From positions 192,001 through 256,000 of the forward strand of contig JBGAON010000005.1 in the NCBI GenBank assembly GCA_044221725.1: a stretch of DNA of 64,000 bases. The letters are read 5' to 3'. Both the position numbers and the translations under genes were made by a program. Below are positions 42,201 through 57,200 of this stretch, piece by piece (positions within the stretch are counted from its first letter, which is position 1; each line of letters begins with the position of its first letter). The stretch comes from Elusimicrobiota bacterium. Lineage in GTDB: Bacteria; Elusimicrobiota; Elusimicrobia; F11. The notes under the pieces are model-generated. The model was not told the origin of the DNA. It searched no databases and worked only from the letters and a program-made list of their open reading frames with translations.

Positions 42201-45200
42201 GACAGCACGAACAGCCAATCCGTATCCGTATCCTATTATTATGATGAGAACGGCGTCCTACTCTCGGCGCGCGGCGCTGGCACGTCGCTCGCATTCGACG
42301 GGTTCAAAGGATACACGGCCGGCCGCGTCACCCAAACTTACCGCATTATTAATGGCCAAGCGGTCGTGGCTCAGTCGAATCAGCTTTCGTGGACGTCAAA
42401 CGCGAACGGCGATGGTTCGTACGACGATGCGTCTATCACAAACATCGACGGCTCGTGGGTGCGCTCGAGCAACGATACGTTGTTCGATTACAACGACCTC
42501 GGAGAGCTGATCGGCGCCACCGGGTCCGGCACGTCATTTTCGTTTGACGGCACGCTGAACTACACAGCGTCCACATTGAGTCAGATTTATCAAATCATTC
42601 GCGGCGGCGCGAAAGTTGTCGAAAGCATCAACACCAGTTGGTCGAGTGCGCTTTCTGATCTCGCTTCGTACGACGACCCTCATGGGCAAACCGACGGTAA
42701 CTGGACGCGTTCGATCAATCACACGTATTCAACTTACAACGGGTTTGGTCGTCTCACTTCCATGCGTGGCGACGGCATCGGTTTATCGTTTGATGGATTC
42801 AATTACAACGCGAACACGGTTGTTCAAACCTACGATCTCGATCTGCTAACGCGTTTGGGACTTCAGAAAGTCGCGACGACGGTCACGCGCAGCTTTAGCT
42901 CAAACAAAAATGGCGAAGGAAGTTACGCGCGACCGGTTTTGAATCCCGATCTTACCGGCGTGCGCCAAGAAAATACGGTGCGTTATTCATACGACCGCGA
43001 AAAAGGAAAATTGAACGGCGCGACCGCCGACGGCGTCTCGGAAAACTTCGATGATTTCGGAAACCGCACGAACGGAACAACAACCACGACGTATTTGCAG
43101 AGTGCAATCGACGAACTCGGCCAATTGAAAGTGGGCCAAACCGTGAGCAACTCGCTCACGACAAACCGCGACGGATCCACGGTTCAGCAGAACATGACGG
43201 TCGTTTACGCGTACGATGCCACGTTCCGACTCGCAAAAAACAATCCGGCCGTCGGAAACGGTTGGAGTCTTTCGAACGACGGTTACGGCAATTACGTCAA
43301 AGGTCTCATTGCGCAGGCTTACATCAATGTGCTCGGCCAAGCGAAACTTGCGACGACCACGACGAAATCTTTTACGTCAAACGCAAACGGTGACGGCACG
43401 TTCGAAGCGATTTTGACCGGCGCACCAGCCGTTACAAACGCGGACGGAAGTTTCACGTTTCAAACGTCGGTTACCGAAAACGAATACACGGCCGGCGGCC
43501 GCTTGGCGGCGGTGAACGGACGTTCCGCATCGCTTGCGAACGACGGAAACAACAATTGGACCGCGTCCGGTAAATTACGTCTTGTGGCCGGAGATTCGCT
43601 CGGCGATATTTTGGAAGCGGGTTCCGAACAAGAATACACGGTGATCAACAACCAAGCGAAACTCACGCGCACGCACAGTCGCACGTACACATCGGACGCG
43701 CGTATGAACGGCAGCTTCGGTTCGCCCGCACAAAATATTGATCGCTCCTGGACACGGCAAGATCTGACGGTCACTTACACGTACGATGCGAACGGTCTTG
43801 TGACCGGTGCGGCGGGTGTTGGAAAAGGATTAACCAACGACGGCTCGCGCGCGGATGGCACCGGCAATTATCAGGCCTCCTTCATCAACCAAAGCTACAC
43901 CGTTGTGAACGGACAAGCGCGTTTGCAAAAGAACGTAACCGAGTCGTTCACCTCGAATGCAAAAGGCGAAGGCAGCGCCGCTGATCCGGTGCCGGGCACC
44001 GACGATGCGTGGGTGTCGAACACGTCCACTGTGTTGTACGGCTACGACACGAACGGTCGATTAAATCAAGCGACCGGAACGAGCAAGGGTTTGTCGAACG
44101 ACGGAAGCGACCACTTCACCGCGAACAGCGGTGTCGATGATTATGTGATTCTCATTGGTCAAGCGCGTGTGGTGCGCAGCATCGTCGATAGTTTCACGTC
44201 CGACCGTTCCGGTAACGGCAGCGCCACGGTGCCGCTCAAAAATGCCGATGGAAGTTTCTCGCGCAATCACACAATCACGGACCGCAGCTACAACGCGCTC
44301 GGACAGCTCACGAATATTTCGGCGAACGGAAACTCGCTGCAAGACGATGGTATTGGTGACACAACCGAAAGCGACTTTGTGCAAATTTTTGAAGACCCAC
44401 GGCTTGTGGCCGGCCTGTCAAAAGTTCTGCAAGTGACCACGCATTCGGTCACGCGCAATTTGGATGGCAGCGTGAGCGAAAGCAACAACGTGCAGGCAAG
44501 TCTCTACACCGGTGATACCACCACGGTTCAAAACGGTGTGTTGACCGTTGCGCGCGCGCAAACCCGCAACGGCATTCTCGTTGACTCGATCGCGGTCGGG
44601 CGTTCGCTCTCGAACGACGGATACAACCGTTATTCGCTCTCAATCTCGGTGCAGGATTTTGATGAAGAGATTCAAAGTCGTTTGGGACTCACGAAAATCA
44701 AATCGAACCTTTCGCAAACGTTTTCGTCCGACGCGAACGGCGGCGGAAGTTACGCGGTAAACCCCGCGCCCGGACTCACGGGACCGATCGCGCTTGCGGA
44801 CGGCACCTGGAGCCGCCAACAACTGACGCTCAATTATGCGTATTCGGTTGGCGGGAAATTAAACGCGGCACAGGGCGTTGGAACGTCGGTTAACTTCGAC
44901 GGATTTGCTGGTTACACGGCGGCCACAATCACCCAAACCTATGTGATTCTGAGCGGCGAGACGAAAATCAGCAAGAACGTAACTGATTCGTTCACCGCAA
45001 ATTGGATTCAAAACCAAACCACCGGCGAATTCGAAGCAACCGGTTCGTTCAACGCCCCCGCGAAAAATGTTGATGACAGTTGGAACCGCGAACATCTCGA
45101 AGTGGATTACGATTATTACGATTCGGGCCGACTGAAGAACGCCGTGGGCTTTGGCACCACGTTGGCGGACGATGGATTTGGAAATTTAACAAAGGCCATC

Positions 45201-48200
45201 GTTACGCAAACGTTCGATCACGAAACGATTGTGCGGTTGGGGCGGGCGCTGCTGACCTCATCGCGCACACAAAGTTTTAACGTGTCAACGATCGGCGATG
45301 ATTTGAACACGACGATCACAATGAACAATTTTGTGCGCTGGAACGGATCGAGTTGGGTGGGTGCCAAAAACTCCGACGACACCTGGGGTTGGTCCGAGAC
45401 GTCGGTGACGAACACGTACGACAAACTGGGCCGACTGGTGGCGACGACCGGCAGCGGGCGTTCGCTCTCGACCGATGGCTTCAACAATTTCTCGGGCGGG
45501 CAGGTGGTTCAAGATTTCGTGATTCAAAATGGTCGAGCCCTTCTCGTTTTGTCGCACAACCGATCGTTCACGGCCACACTTCCCGATTTTTCGAACATTG
45601 CGCAATTTGACGGATCCTTCACGGATCCGAAGCGGGACGTGGACTTGTCGCGCAGCGTGCAGGAATTAAATGTTGAGCAACGGTACGATGCGGGCGGGAA
45701 ATTGGTTTACGTGCACGCGACCGGTTTTGGTCAAGGCGACGACGGTTTTGATAACACCACCAGCTCGAACATCGACCAAAGCTACAACCTGGATGCGCTC
45801 ACGAAATTTGGTCAAGTGAAAGTGAGCGATGTGGTAACGCTCACCGAAGCGCGCAACAAAGATCGTTCGACCTCGAGTTCGCGATCGGTAACATCGAACA
45901 CGCACAACGCACTCACCGGAAAACTCACGGGAGGCTCGTCGAGCTCGCACAGCGGGTCGAACGATGGTTCCGGCAACATCACGGTGAGCGACACGACCGA
46001 CACGATGGTGTTAACGTCGTTCGGCCAACTGAAACGCACGGCGTCGCACACGACGAGCACCACGATCGGCACCGACAATTCGAAAAACATGGACGACACG
46101 ACGCTCGCGTTCGCGTACACGCCCGGATGGAAACTCGAAACACAAAATTCAGCGGTTGGTGGGGGAACCTTCCGCAGCTACGTGTTGAACAACGGCCAAT
46201 ACGAGCTCACGGGTGTTGGATCAATCGTTCAAAAATACGACGCGCCTCACGGCCGTCTGAAGATTACGGTCTCAAACCGACTGACCGAATCGACGACCGG
46301 CGAAAAATCATCGCAGTTGGATCTCAACAATTTGCCGCAAGGACTCCGCGGTACCGTTTATTGGAATTCGTCGTCGCAGTTCATCGGCGGTGATTTCAAC
46401 GATCAAGTGAACGGTGATAGCTACATTGTTTATCAACAAGACGGCAGCTGGTACCTGAAATTTCTGCGCACGGGCGGCACGACGGCCGTGTTCGCGCTGG
46501 ATTCACAGATCGATGCGAACGGCGTGATCACGCTCAGCGTCACGAACTCGGATATCACGTTCATGCTGACGGGGGTCACAAACAATGGCACGGTGATTAA
46601 TCCGCGCTTAAACATTGAACGGCCCGACGTTCTCACAAACACGTATCAACTCGCGGGTGAAAATGCGCTCGATGTGTATCACGACAACGTGCGTTTCCGC
46701 GACGGGCTGCACGAGTTGGCGATTTCGCACAACGCGAGCGGCGGCATCGAAACGATTGGCTACTTGGACGCAACCGGCGTGAATTTCATTTTGCAGCGGC
46801 TCGGTGGAAACAGCGCGCATGTGGGGTATGTCGTGTGGAACCCGAACACGCAAGATTTTGACCGCATCGAATCGTTCGGTACGTTTGATGACGCTACGCT
46901 CACGTTCACCTCGGCGAACGGGGATTCGATCAAGCTCGCCCAAACGGCTGCCGACAAATTTGAAATCGATGTGGTGCTTGCGGGTTTTGGAGCGACGCCC
47001 ACCACGCGCACGCTGGTTGAATTCGAGCAAACGAACGGCCGCGACAATCAAATGCAGGTGCTCGCGTCGTCGTTCCAATACGATCCGGTGGACGACCGAC
47101 TGATCAATGCCTGGAGCTCGGGTTCGTTCGCGGGTCAAGCGGGCAACGGCGATATTTCGATTGGCACAATCCGGAACACGCACGTCATCATCAACAACCA
47201 ATCAAAGATTCTTGTGTCGCACCGCCATGTTGACACGACGAATTTGGACGGATCGTCGTCCATCGTCGACGAAGACACGCGCAATATTTTTGACGGTTCG
47301 GACGGCCGTCAGTTGAGCGCGACCGGACACGCGGTCACCGAATCGCGCGACGGGTTCGGCAATTCCACATTCTCAATCGCCGATCGCACCTACGAAATGG
47401 TGGCGGGCCAAGCGCGCATTGTGAAACAAACCACGCGTGCCGAGTCGTACGATATTGATCAACGTTTGTTGTCGGTGACGGATCCCTACACCCAGGTGAA
47501 CCGTTACGACGCAAACGGTCGGTTGCAAAGCGTGACGGACGAAGCGGGTTCGGACACGGTTCTGCTTCATCAATACAGTTTTGATTATGGTTACAACAAA
47601 GGCGTGATGCTGAACGATGCGTTGAGTGTCACCGAGAGCGTGGTGCGTCAGAAATTCACCGTGATCGAAGAACAGGCGCGTTTGCTCGAATCCACAACAA
47701 AGGCGCGCACGACGTTGCCCGACGGCTCTGTATCCGATCAGAATTCACGGCTCGAGAACACGTATTCGAAGCGCGGAATTTTGCTGGGCGCGCTCGGGAC
47801 CACAAACACGACGACAAACGATCCGTACGGTAACCAGACCGAATCGATCGTGAAGCAAAGTTTTAAAGTGATCCGCGACCAAGCAAAATTGGCCACGCAA
47901 TCGACGGAAGTTTTTTCGCGCGATCCCGAAGGGCACACAACGTCGCATCAATTGCCGGTGTCTCTCGTGTACAACTACGACACCCTGGGCCTGTTGCAGA
48001 GCGTGACCGACTGGCGGGGCCGTTCCGACATTCGCAGTGAAACGCAAGGATTCGATTGGGCCTTCGATGATTCGTCGGGAATGCGTCAATTGATCCAAAC
48101 CGGCCGTTCGGTAACGCAAACGGTGCAGACGTACCGTGTGATCAACAATCAAGCGCGCATTGATACGCAGCAGAACGAAACGTTTGGATACGATAATCAG

Positions 48201-51200
48201 TCGACAGTGACGTCGCCGAACGGTCATGTGGTGACGCACATCGTGTACGGTCCGTCGAAGTTTGGTTACGACGGCCAAGCGCGTCTGATGCGTGTGAGCG
48301 ACGCTACCGCGAGTGAGCCGAGCGACAATGTCATTTCGGTGGTCACGGATCGTTACGATTATTCGGACGCGTCGCGACCCGATGAGGCCACGTCGCACAG
48401 CGTGCAATTTTCCGAGCAGTCCTACGGGGTGATCGCCGGGCAAAGCCGCTCCGTCACGGATACCGAAATGGTCGCAAACACCTACGATTGGAACGGCCGG
48501 CTCACGCAAGAATTGATTTCACCGTACGTGCAAACGACTCTCTACGGTGACGGCGTGTCGCGCATCGTTTACCAGGGCAACGGCCGTACGGTGAAAATGT
48601 TGGACGGCATCGGAATGGTGCTCGGTGTGGTGGGCGACGTCGGCACAACCGCGGTCGCGTCGCAAACGCGGTCGTACGAATACGCGGACAGCACGCAGTC
48701 GAATTTTGCGACGTCCATTAGCGAATCGGTTAACACGCAAACCTATTCGGTTGTGTCCGGACAATCGCGTCTCACATCGTCGGTGGCGACGACGACCACG
48801 ACCGGCGCCGATGGCGCGGTGAGCGATCTGGTTTCAACGAACTTCAATATCTACGACAAAAATGCGCGGCTCATTGAAGCGTACACCCACACGAATTCAG
48901 CGAGTCACAGCGGATTTAACGCGAGCGGTCTCGCGTGGGATACCACCACCAGCGAATCCGATTCACGCAACTTAATTATTAATGGCCAGAGTCGCGCGGG
49001 CCTCACCGTTACCCATTCCACGACGGTTGGTGCCGACGGTTCGCGCAACGAGCAAAATGGCGAACAAACGTTCGCGTACAACCGCTACGGTCAGTTGCTC
49101 GGCGCCAACAGCAATGGCACGTTCGTTTCGCACTCGGGTTTCGAAGCCGACGGCTCCGCTTGGGACGAAACGAACGGAACCACGCGGACGGCGTTCGCGG
49201 TGATCCGCGGCCAAGCGAGACAAGTCGACAATTGGTCGATTGCAAGCACCACCGTTCGCGACGGCACGACCACGCAATCGGTCACGCACACGCACAACGC
49301 TTACAACAGTGACGCGCAGCTCGTATTGACGGACGGAGCCGATCAAACCTTGGGCGAATCCGCTTCGCTCGCTGATGACGGATGGGGAAACAAAACCTAT
49401 TCCGGTGTGCTGAGCGCGAACGGACAGGAAATCGTGACCGCCGGCACGCAGCAAACATTCGAAATCATTTTGGGTCAAGCGCGCATGGTGAAGTCGGTTG
49501 CGGCGAGCCAAACTTTCAGTTTGGATGGCGGCACGCAACGTCAGCAGACGATTACCACATTCACGTTTGATCGATTTGGGCACTTGACCGGTTCGATGGG
49601 TCGCGGTTCGTTTGTGAGCGACGATCAAAGTCTCACAACGACGTTCGGCGATCCGACCGCGGGCACCGGCAACTTCCTTGACTACGAGGTAATCAACAAC
49701 CAAGCGCGGTTGCTCAAATCAACATCGATTTCCGATTCGACGGCCGTCGACGGAAGCCCCAGTCGTTCGATCTCGGTCACAAGTTACACGAACAATGGAA
49801 TGACCGGAAAATTGGAAGGCGCCACGGGCATGAACGCATCGATTGCGTTCGATTCGGAAGGAAACATCACGCAATCCGGTCTCATCAACAATCTCACGGT
49901 GGTGGCGGGGCGCCCGAGCGCCGAAATCGCAGTGGCCGGCGGCCTGAACACATTCGCTGTGATGTTCGGGCAGGCGCGCCAAGTTCTCGCGAACACGAAC
50001 ACGGTGACCTCCAATATTGATGGATCCGAGACAAGCCAAAATCTTTCGACGTTTACGGAATACCGTCTGGATTCGGGTCGCCTCAAGACGCAGCGTGGCG
50101 AAGGAACGTGGACGACCACCGATCCGCTCGGCAACATCACGGCCGGGCTCGTGCGCCAAGAATTCGACGTGATTACCGGCCAAGCGCGTCTCACCGCGTC
50201 CGACTCGTTCCGCACCTCGGCCGGACCTTTGTTTGCGCACACAAATGCGAGTGTTCGAAACACATACAACGCCAACGGAACACTGGTTCGGGCTGCGACG
50301 CTTTCCGAAAATTACAGCGCCGACGGATTGCTCAGCGTATCGAACACCGAGTCCACCTATCAATTTGACGCGAACAACCATCGCACGGCCGGCACGATCA
50401 CTTCCGATGTGAAACGTTACGACTACGACGCGTACGGCGGCGCGGACCTGTCGGTGGCCGTCGAGCGTGTGCGCAGCGTGAGCGACGAAACATACAGCCA
50501 GTTTGGCGTGGTGTTTGGTCCGTGGTCGTTCGACATCACGCGCCGCACCGGCGTGCACGCGGTGTCCGATCAGTCCAGCATGGACAGTGCGTACAGCCAC
50601 CAAGACATTCAAACCACGTATACCTACGACACCGTGAACGGCAGTCCGACAATGGGACAAGTAATTTCTGCTCACGGTGTGGGCACCGGGATTTCGCACG
50701 CGGGCAACGATACGCCCGAAGCGGATTGGGAAAATGTGAACAGCGCCGATTGGTGGGACACCACGCACAGTCTCATCGACCAGACATACACAATCATTCC
50801 GCTCGTTGTTGGGCCTTACACGGTGAACATCGCCAAGCAAGCAGCGAACACCACGAAGAGCGAAACCGTTGGTCGCGATTCGTCGTACAACCAACAGGTG
50901 CTCCGTGTCACGAACAATTATCGTTTGGACGGTCTGCGCATCGTGTTGGACAGCGCGCACGGCGACGGTGAAATTTTGGAAGCGCATTCGGGGGGGGATG
51001 GCACGATCCCCTTTCGTGGTGCCGACAACTCTTCTTCGCTCGATGAACACGCGTGGTACGACACATCGGTTGGAACCATTTCACAAGACTACGTGGTGTT
51101 CTTCGGCACGCTCGCGAAACTCCGTCACGTGCGCAACGAATCAACAAACGTCACACGCGAAGGCGCGTTCAGTCAATCGGTGTCCGATCAATTTAACACC

Positions 51201-54200
51201 TACACGCCGTACGGAAAACTGATCGGTGCGAGCGGTGACAGCACACAGACAAGCCATTCGGGTTCCGATATTCAATTCTTGTTTGACGCGGACTCATCGG
51301 ACAGCAATTCTCCGCGCGTGTTGCCGACGAACTGGAAAACCAAAACCGCGGATGCGCGCGCCGCGTTTTTGGCATTGCTCGGATCGATTGCGGCCACGCA
51401 CGATGGGCATCTTAATCCAAATCCGATCAATCCGTGGTGGGACTCGACGACCGCAACCACCCATTCGACGTACGCGATCTTGCGCGGTCAGCAGGCGCGC
51501 GTGATGAGTTCCGACACCGATTCAACCACGTTCGCGATCGATGGCGGTTTGTCGATCGGTTCCACGCACACCGACAATGTTTACGATCGTCGGAATCGGC
51601 TCGTGTCCGCGATCGCAAACGGATCGCAAGTGAACGATGACGGCAACGGCAATTACACGCTCACAACGAACAAACAGATTTTTACCGCGGTCAACGGTCA
51701 AGCGCGGGTCAGCGAGAGTTTTTCGGCGTCGGACCCCGCGTCCGCCGATGGATCGGTGTCGCATCAAGCGTCGTACACAAAAACCGGTTACACGCGCGAC
51801 GGTCGAGTTGACGCGTCTCAGACGAGCGGTAAAACCGCGTCGTGGTCCATCGATGCCGAAGGAAATATTACGACCTCCGGTGATTTCGATACGAACGGTT
51901 ACGTCGATCCCGTAAAAACGCCCGACAACTATCAAACGTTTGTGGTGCTGAACGGCCAAGCGAAAGTGCGCACCACGCATTCGGTCAGTCACACGGACAA
52001 TATAGACGGATCCATTTTCGAACAGACGCTCGACGTCGACAATGTCTATGAGCTCACGCACGAGCCGGCGAACAATCGGTTCATCGGTCGGCTCAAAGAC
52101 GGCGTTGGCCGCGGATCGTGGAGCGCCGATGACGGCGACGGAAATATCACGACCGGCGGCATCGCACAGGACTACGATTTCATCGCCGGACAAAACCGCC
52201 TGGTCAGATCCGCCCAGTACCGCGGCATTGCGCCGCAAACGCCGGGCATTGTGCGCGACCAAAACGGAATCTGGGTAAATATTCCGGCCCCGCTTTACAA
52301 TCAACCGGCCGGCGCGATCTACGCGCACCAAGAAAATTACACGGAAATTCGCTACGACACGAACGGCGCAATTCTGTGGAACCAAAATGCGAGCGATGTA
52401 TTCAACAACGAAGGCTTCCTGTCGCACTCGTTTCAGATCGCGCGGTACGACCGTGTGCAATTGAGCGACGGTCGTTGGGTGCGCACGACGGGCCACATCG
52501 ATGGCCGCACATCGCAATACGATTACAATTCGCCGGCCGGCACCATTGATTTGTCGGCGGCCATTGGGCTCACATATTTCAACACAATCGAAACGTACGA
52601 GCAGCTGGCCGCCGTGCAGTGGCCGATCACCGTCACACGCCGAACGCACGTGAGCACCGATTCGCGCAATTACGATTTGGCCGGTAGCTACAACCGGCAG
52701 AACGTGATTACCGATTACACGTACGACGATCGTGCGGTGCTCGACACCGCGCACGGACACGGTTCGTTCGTCACTCATTCCGGTCGCGATGTGGAAATTC
52801 CGGGCGACATTGAAGCGTCGTGGCGCGCGACGTTGCAATCGAATCCCGAACAAGTGTGGGACACAACGATCGGCACCGTCGACAATCATTTCCGCGTGAC
52901 GAAATTTGGTCCGCACAACGACGTTGGTATCGCGCGACAAGACCGTTCGCAATCGATCAGCAACACGGTGGGTCGCGATTTTTCGTACACGCACAACGAA
53001 AACATCACGTATCAAGCGTTCGCGCCGGCGAAACGGCCCGACAATTGGCCGACCGATCAGCGTTTTGTTCCGTTTGGCCTCGTGCTTCAAGCCGATTTGA
53101 ACGGCAACGGACAAATTGATGACAACGTGGATGGCAGCAACACTTACGAAAAAACCGAATCCGTTGGCACCACGTTGTCGCACAGCGGCCACAACGCCAA
53201 CGATTTGAACGCGCCGGCAAGCTTGGCGCTCGATTTGGCGGCGCTGCAATTCATGACCGAGTCCGACATTCGCACGCTCGGCAATCTTATGGTGGCGGAC
53301 CAAGCAACCTATCAAGGCTGGTGGGATACCACGAACGGCACCAACCACACCGCCTACGTGGATCCGGCCAAAACCTTCAATTCGCTGAAGGTCGAGACGC
53401 AAACATCGAACAGTCTCACGACGAGCCGCGATGGTTCGCAAACAATTTCGGACAACACGGTGACGTACAAGTACGGACGTCACCGCTTACCGACCGGAAC
53501 GCCGCTCACTTCTTCCTTAATATACGGCGCGACGAACGATGGCGCGCTGTTGTTGGGCGCGTACGGCGTTGGTAGTTCGATTCAAGACGACGGCAACGGC
53601 AATTTGACCGTGACGGCGACCGAGCAACGCTACACCGTGACGCGCGGCCAGCGCGCCCAGGTGAGCGAGTCGCTCAGCGTTTCGGATTCGTCGGGGTCGG
53701 ATGGCGGCGTGTCGCACCAACTGTCGCTGGTCAAATTTCATTACGACAACCGGGGGCGTTTGGACGCGAATCTTCCGGCCGAAGGCTTCGGCGCGAACTT
53801 TGCGATTGATGGCGATGGAAACATTACCTCGGGCGGCGCGATCGGAACGAAACTCGCGAGCGAAATTACACCGTTCGATGTCACCGATGAAAAGGTTTTG
53901 GCGTTCGTGGCCGACGCGAGCGGCGCACCGCAATTTAATGCGGCCGAAGGAATTGTTGGAAGTTACGGTTCACGTCAGACGTTCACGGTTGTGAACGGCC
54001 AAGCGCGCGCCATCGAAACGAACAGCGTGAACCGTATTGATGGATCGGACGGTTCGGTTCAAATCCAAAAAACCAAAGTGACGAACGCGTACAACGCGAT
54101 CGGTCAGCTCGCGTTGTCGGCAAACGGCCGCGAGACCGCGGGCACCGGAACATGGGTGACGTACGATGCGGACCCAGCGATCGCCAACGGCTTGGGCAAC

Positions 54201-57200
54201 GCCACGCGCGGCGGGATCTGGACCGACTTCAATATCGTGATTGGCCAAGCGCGCGTGGTGCACAGTCAGCAGAATGTGGGTCTCCTTCGCCTGGCACCGA
54301 ACCTCACGCGCGACACGAACGATTCGGACAACGACGGTGACACGCTGGAGTGGGTGGACGTGTCGGCGCCGCTCTTCAATCAAACCGTGGGTGCTTTGCA
54401 CGCACATTCCGAAAATTATTCGGAAACGTTCTACGACGCGGACGGCGTGATCACGCTGTCGCAATCGGCGAACAACAATTTCAGCAACGATGAGATTGTG
54501 ACGCACTCCTGGCAGAAAGCCGAATATTTGCGTGTCCCGTTCGAGGGCCGCATGGTGCGCACCGATGGCTTTATCACGGGAAAAACGTTCCGTTACGATT
54601 ACGACGCCTCGGCCGGCACCATCGACACTTCACAAGAGCTCGAAAAGACCGTGTTCGACACACACGAAATTTATCAGTTGTTCGGTCCGAACAACGTGGT
54701 GCGCCGCGCTGAGACCGATACAAACTCGGTCAGCTACGGAATGGACGGTTCGTACAACAAGCAGAATCTCGTAGTGAATTACACGTGGGATAATCTGACC
54801 GCAAAATTGCGCGGTGCGGTCGGCACTGGCGGATTCGTGAGCCATTCGGGCCGTGACGACGAAGGCCGAACATGGGAAAACACGATCGCGAACCATCAAA
54901 ACGAAATTTGGGACACAACGAGTGGCGCGCTTGAACAACATTTCCGCGTTTACGATTTTGGGCCGACGGATAAAAACGGCGAGCAACCGGTTGGCATCGC
55001 GCGGGTTGTTGAAACCGTCAACGTTACGGATACCGTGGGCCGCGATTTGTCTTATTCGCACGCGCGCTCCGTGAACACGACCGATTACGACGCGCGCACG
55101 TTGCGTCTTGTTTCCGCGTCGGGCACGGTGGATTCGGTAACGCATTCGGGAAGCAACACGGCTCTGTTGGATCCGTTCACGACCGCGAACAACGTAAACG
55201 TGAATGCGAACACCTCGACCTGGCAAACTCTCGCTGCGCAAAAGTCTGATTGGTGGGACGAAGGCGTTCAGCACACGGCGCAGACGTACAAGATCATTTA
55301 CAACCAACAGAAGCTGCTGCAGACCGTAACCGATTCGAGCACGCAATCGAAAGATTTAAGTACGAGTTGGCAGCAAATGATCGTCGATTACAAATACGGC
55401 CGCACGCGCCCCGTGTCGCCGCGCGATTCCGATCCGACCACCGCGTGGGAAAACGCGCTTAACTCTTCTGCTGTTTACGGCGCCACAAACAACGGACCGC
55501 TCATGCTCGGCGCGTACGGTCATGGCACATTCGGTTCGCAAGATGGCGCGGGCTCGATTACCGTGGGATCCATCGAACAAAAATTCCGCGTCGTGCGCGG
55601 CCAACAAGCGCGGCTCGGTTCGCAAACAACAGTGTCCGATAGCACGGCGGCCGATGGTAGCCCGAGTCATTCGCTGAACACCGTGAAATATTTCTACAAC
55701 GAACGAAACGGTCGGCTGGACAAAGATCATGTGGGCGGCCCGGCGATCGGTTACGGAGCTTCGTGGTCGGTTGATCAAGAAGGCGCGACCACCTTGTCGG
55801 GCGCGTTGCGCACAAAATTTGTGAACGAAGCGACGCCGTACGATGTAACAAACGAAAAGGCGGTCGCGTTCTTGGACATCGACGGGGATTTGCCGAGCGG
55901 CCTCAGCGATTTGAATCAGCGCATCGGCATTATTGAAGCCAACGGCGCCAGTGTTTCAACGCTCGCCGGGCAGCTGGGCCTGCGTCAAACATTCCGGTTT
56001 GTCGCCGGACAAGCGCGACTTGAAGACAGCACGAACATCAGCCGAACCGAAGGTGTGGACGGATCGTTTAACATCACGCGCACAACGGTGCACAATATTT
56101 ACGATGAGAGCGCTCGCCTCGGCGGCGGCCAATTAATAGGAGCAACAGGAGCCGGTCGCTGGGCCACGTGGAACGACACCGAAGGATTTCGCGTCGGTGC
56201 GGCACCGGGGTACCCACCGTACGGAACCATTTGGCAGCACTACGCCGCGCTTGGCGGACAGGCGCGTTTGTTGGAATCCAAACAACAGCGCGGCGAAGTG
56301 GAATTGAGTCCGAATTTCTCGCCGTCGTTGCCCGGCGGTGATTGGGATATTTCGGCCGGCGCGACGCTGTACGGCGCGGCGATCGGACCCGATCCGATTT
56401 ATGCGCATATCGAAAGTTACGTTCGCAACGATTACACCGCCGACGGTGTGCTGCTCGAATCGCGCAATGCGTCGGAAAATTATTCGACCGACGGCCTCAT
56501 GAACCGAGCCATTCAAAACAGCATTTATACGGTTAAAAATTTCACCGACAGCCAAGGGAATATTTATACGGTGCGGGATCAAGGCGTCATCCGCGGTCGC
56601 ACAAATCGCTTTGCGTACGATCACGATGTTCCATCCGGACAATGGATCGTCGACACAACGCAGCCGCTCGACAATTCGTGGTTCAACACCGTTGAGACCT
56701 ACAGCACGTGGGAACTGGCGGGACCCGTTCGGCCAAATATTCTTACGCGCCGTATGTTTACGGACACCGAATCCGAATCCACCTCGATCGACACATCGCT
56801 CAACCATCAATGGCTCGCGACGCGTTACGTCTATGATTTGAACGGTGTGCTCACTGACGCGCATGGCACCGGTCACTTCTATTCGAACTCCGGTCGTTCG
56901 CCGTTAAACGGCCAGGCCTACGATCTCACCGAAGGTCGCATCGATCAGAATTACGAAATCATCAATGTGAGCCCGGGCTCAATCGCTCCCGAATTGCGCG
57001 TGGGTGTGGCGCGTCTGAAAGAAGTGGCCACCGATCAGCGCACGCTGTCGATCGATGGAAGCCGCAACGTGTCACATTCGGTGATCACGTACGTGAACAG
57101 TCCGCTCACGACCCGGCTTGTGTCAGCGAGCGGCACGTCAAATTTCTCGAGCAGCGATCAATTTGGGAACGCCAGCAGCGGTCGCACCGATCAAGAATTT

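Noticed and set aside
28990..42780. Several RGD tripeptides in the giant protein (near 28995, 31326, 42081, 42765)
   Set aside because: Expected by chance in more than 12,000 residues rich in R, G and D.
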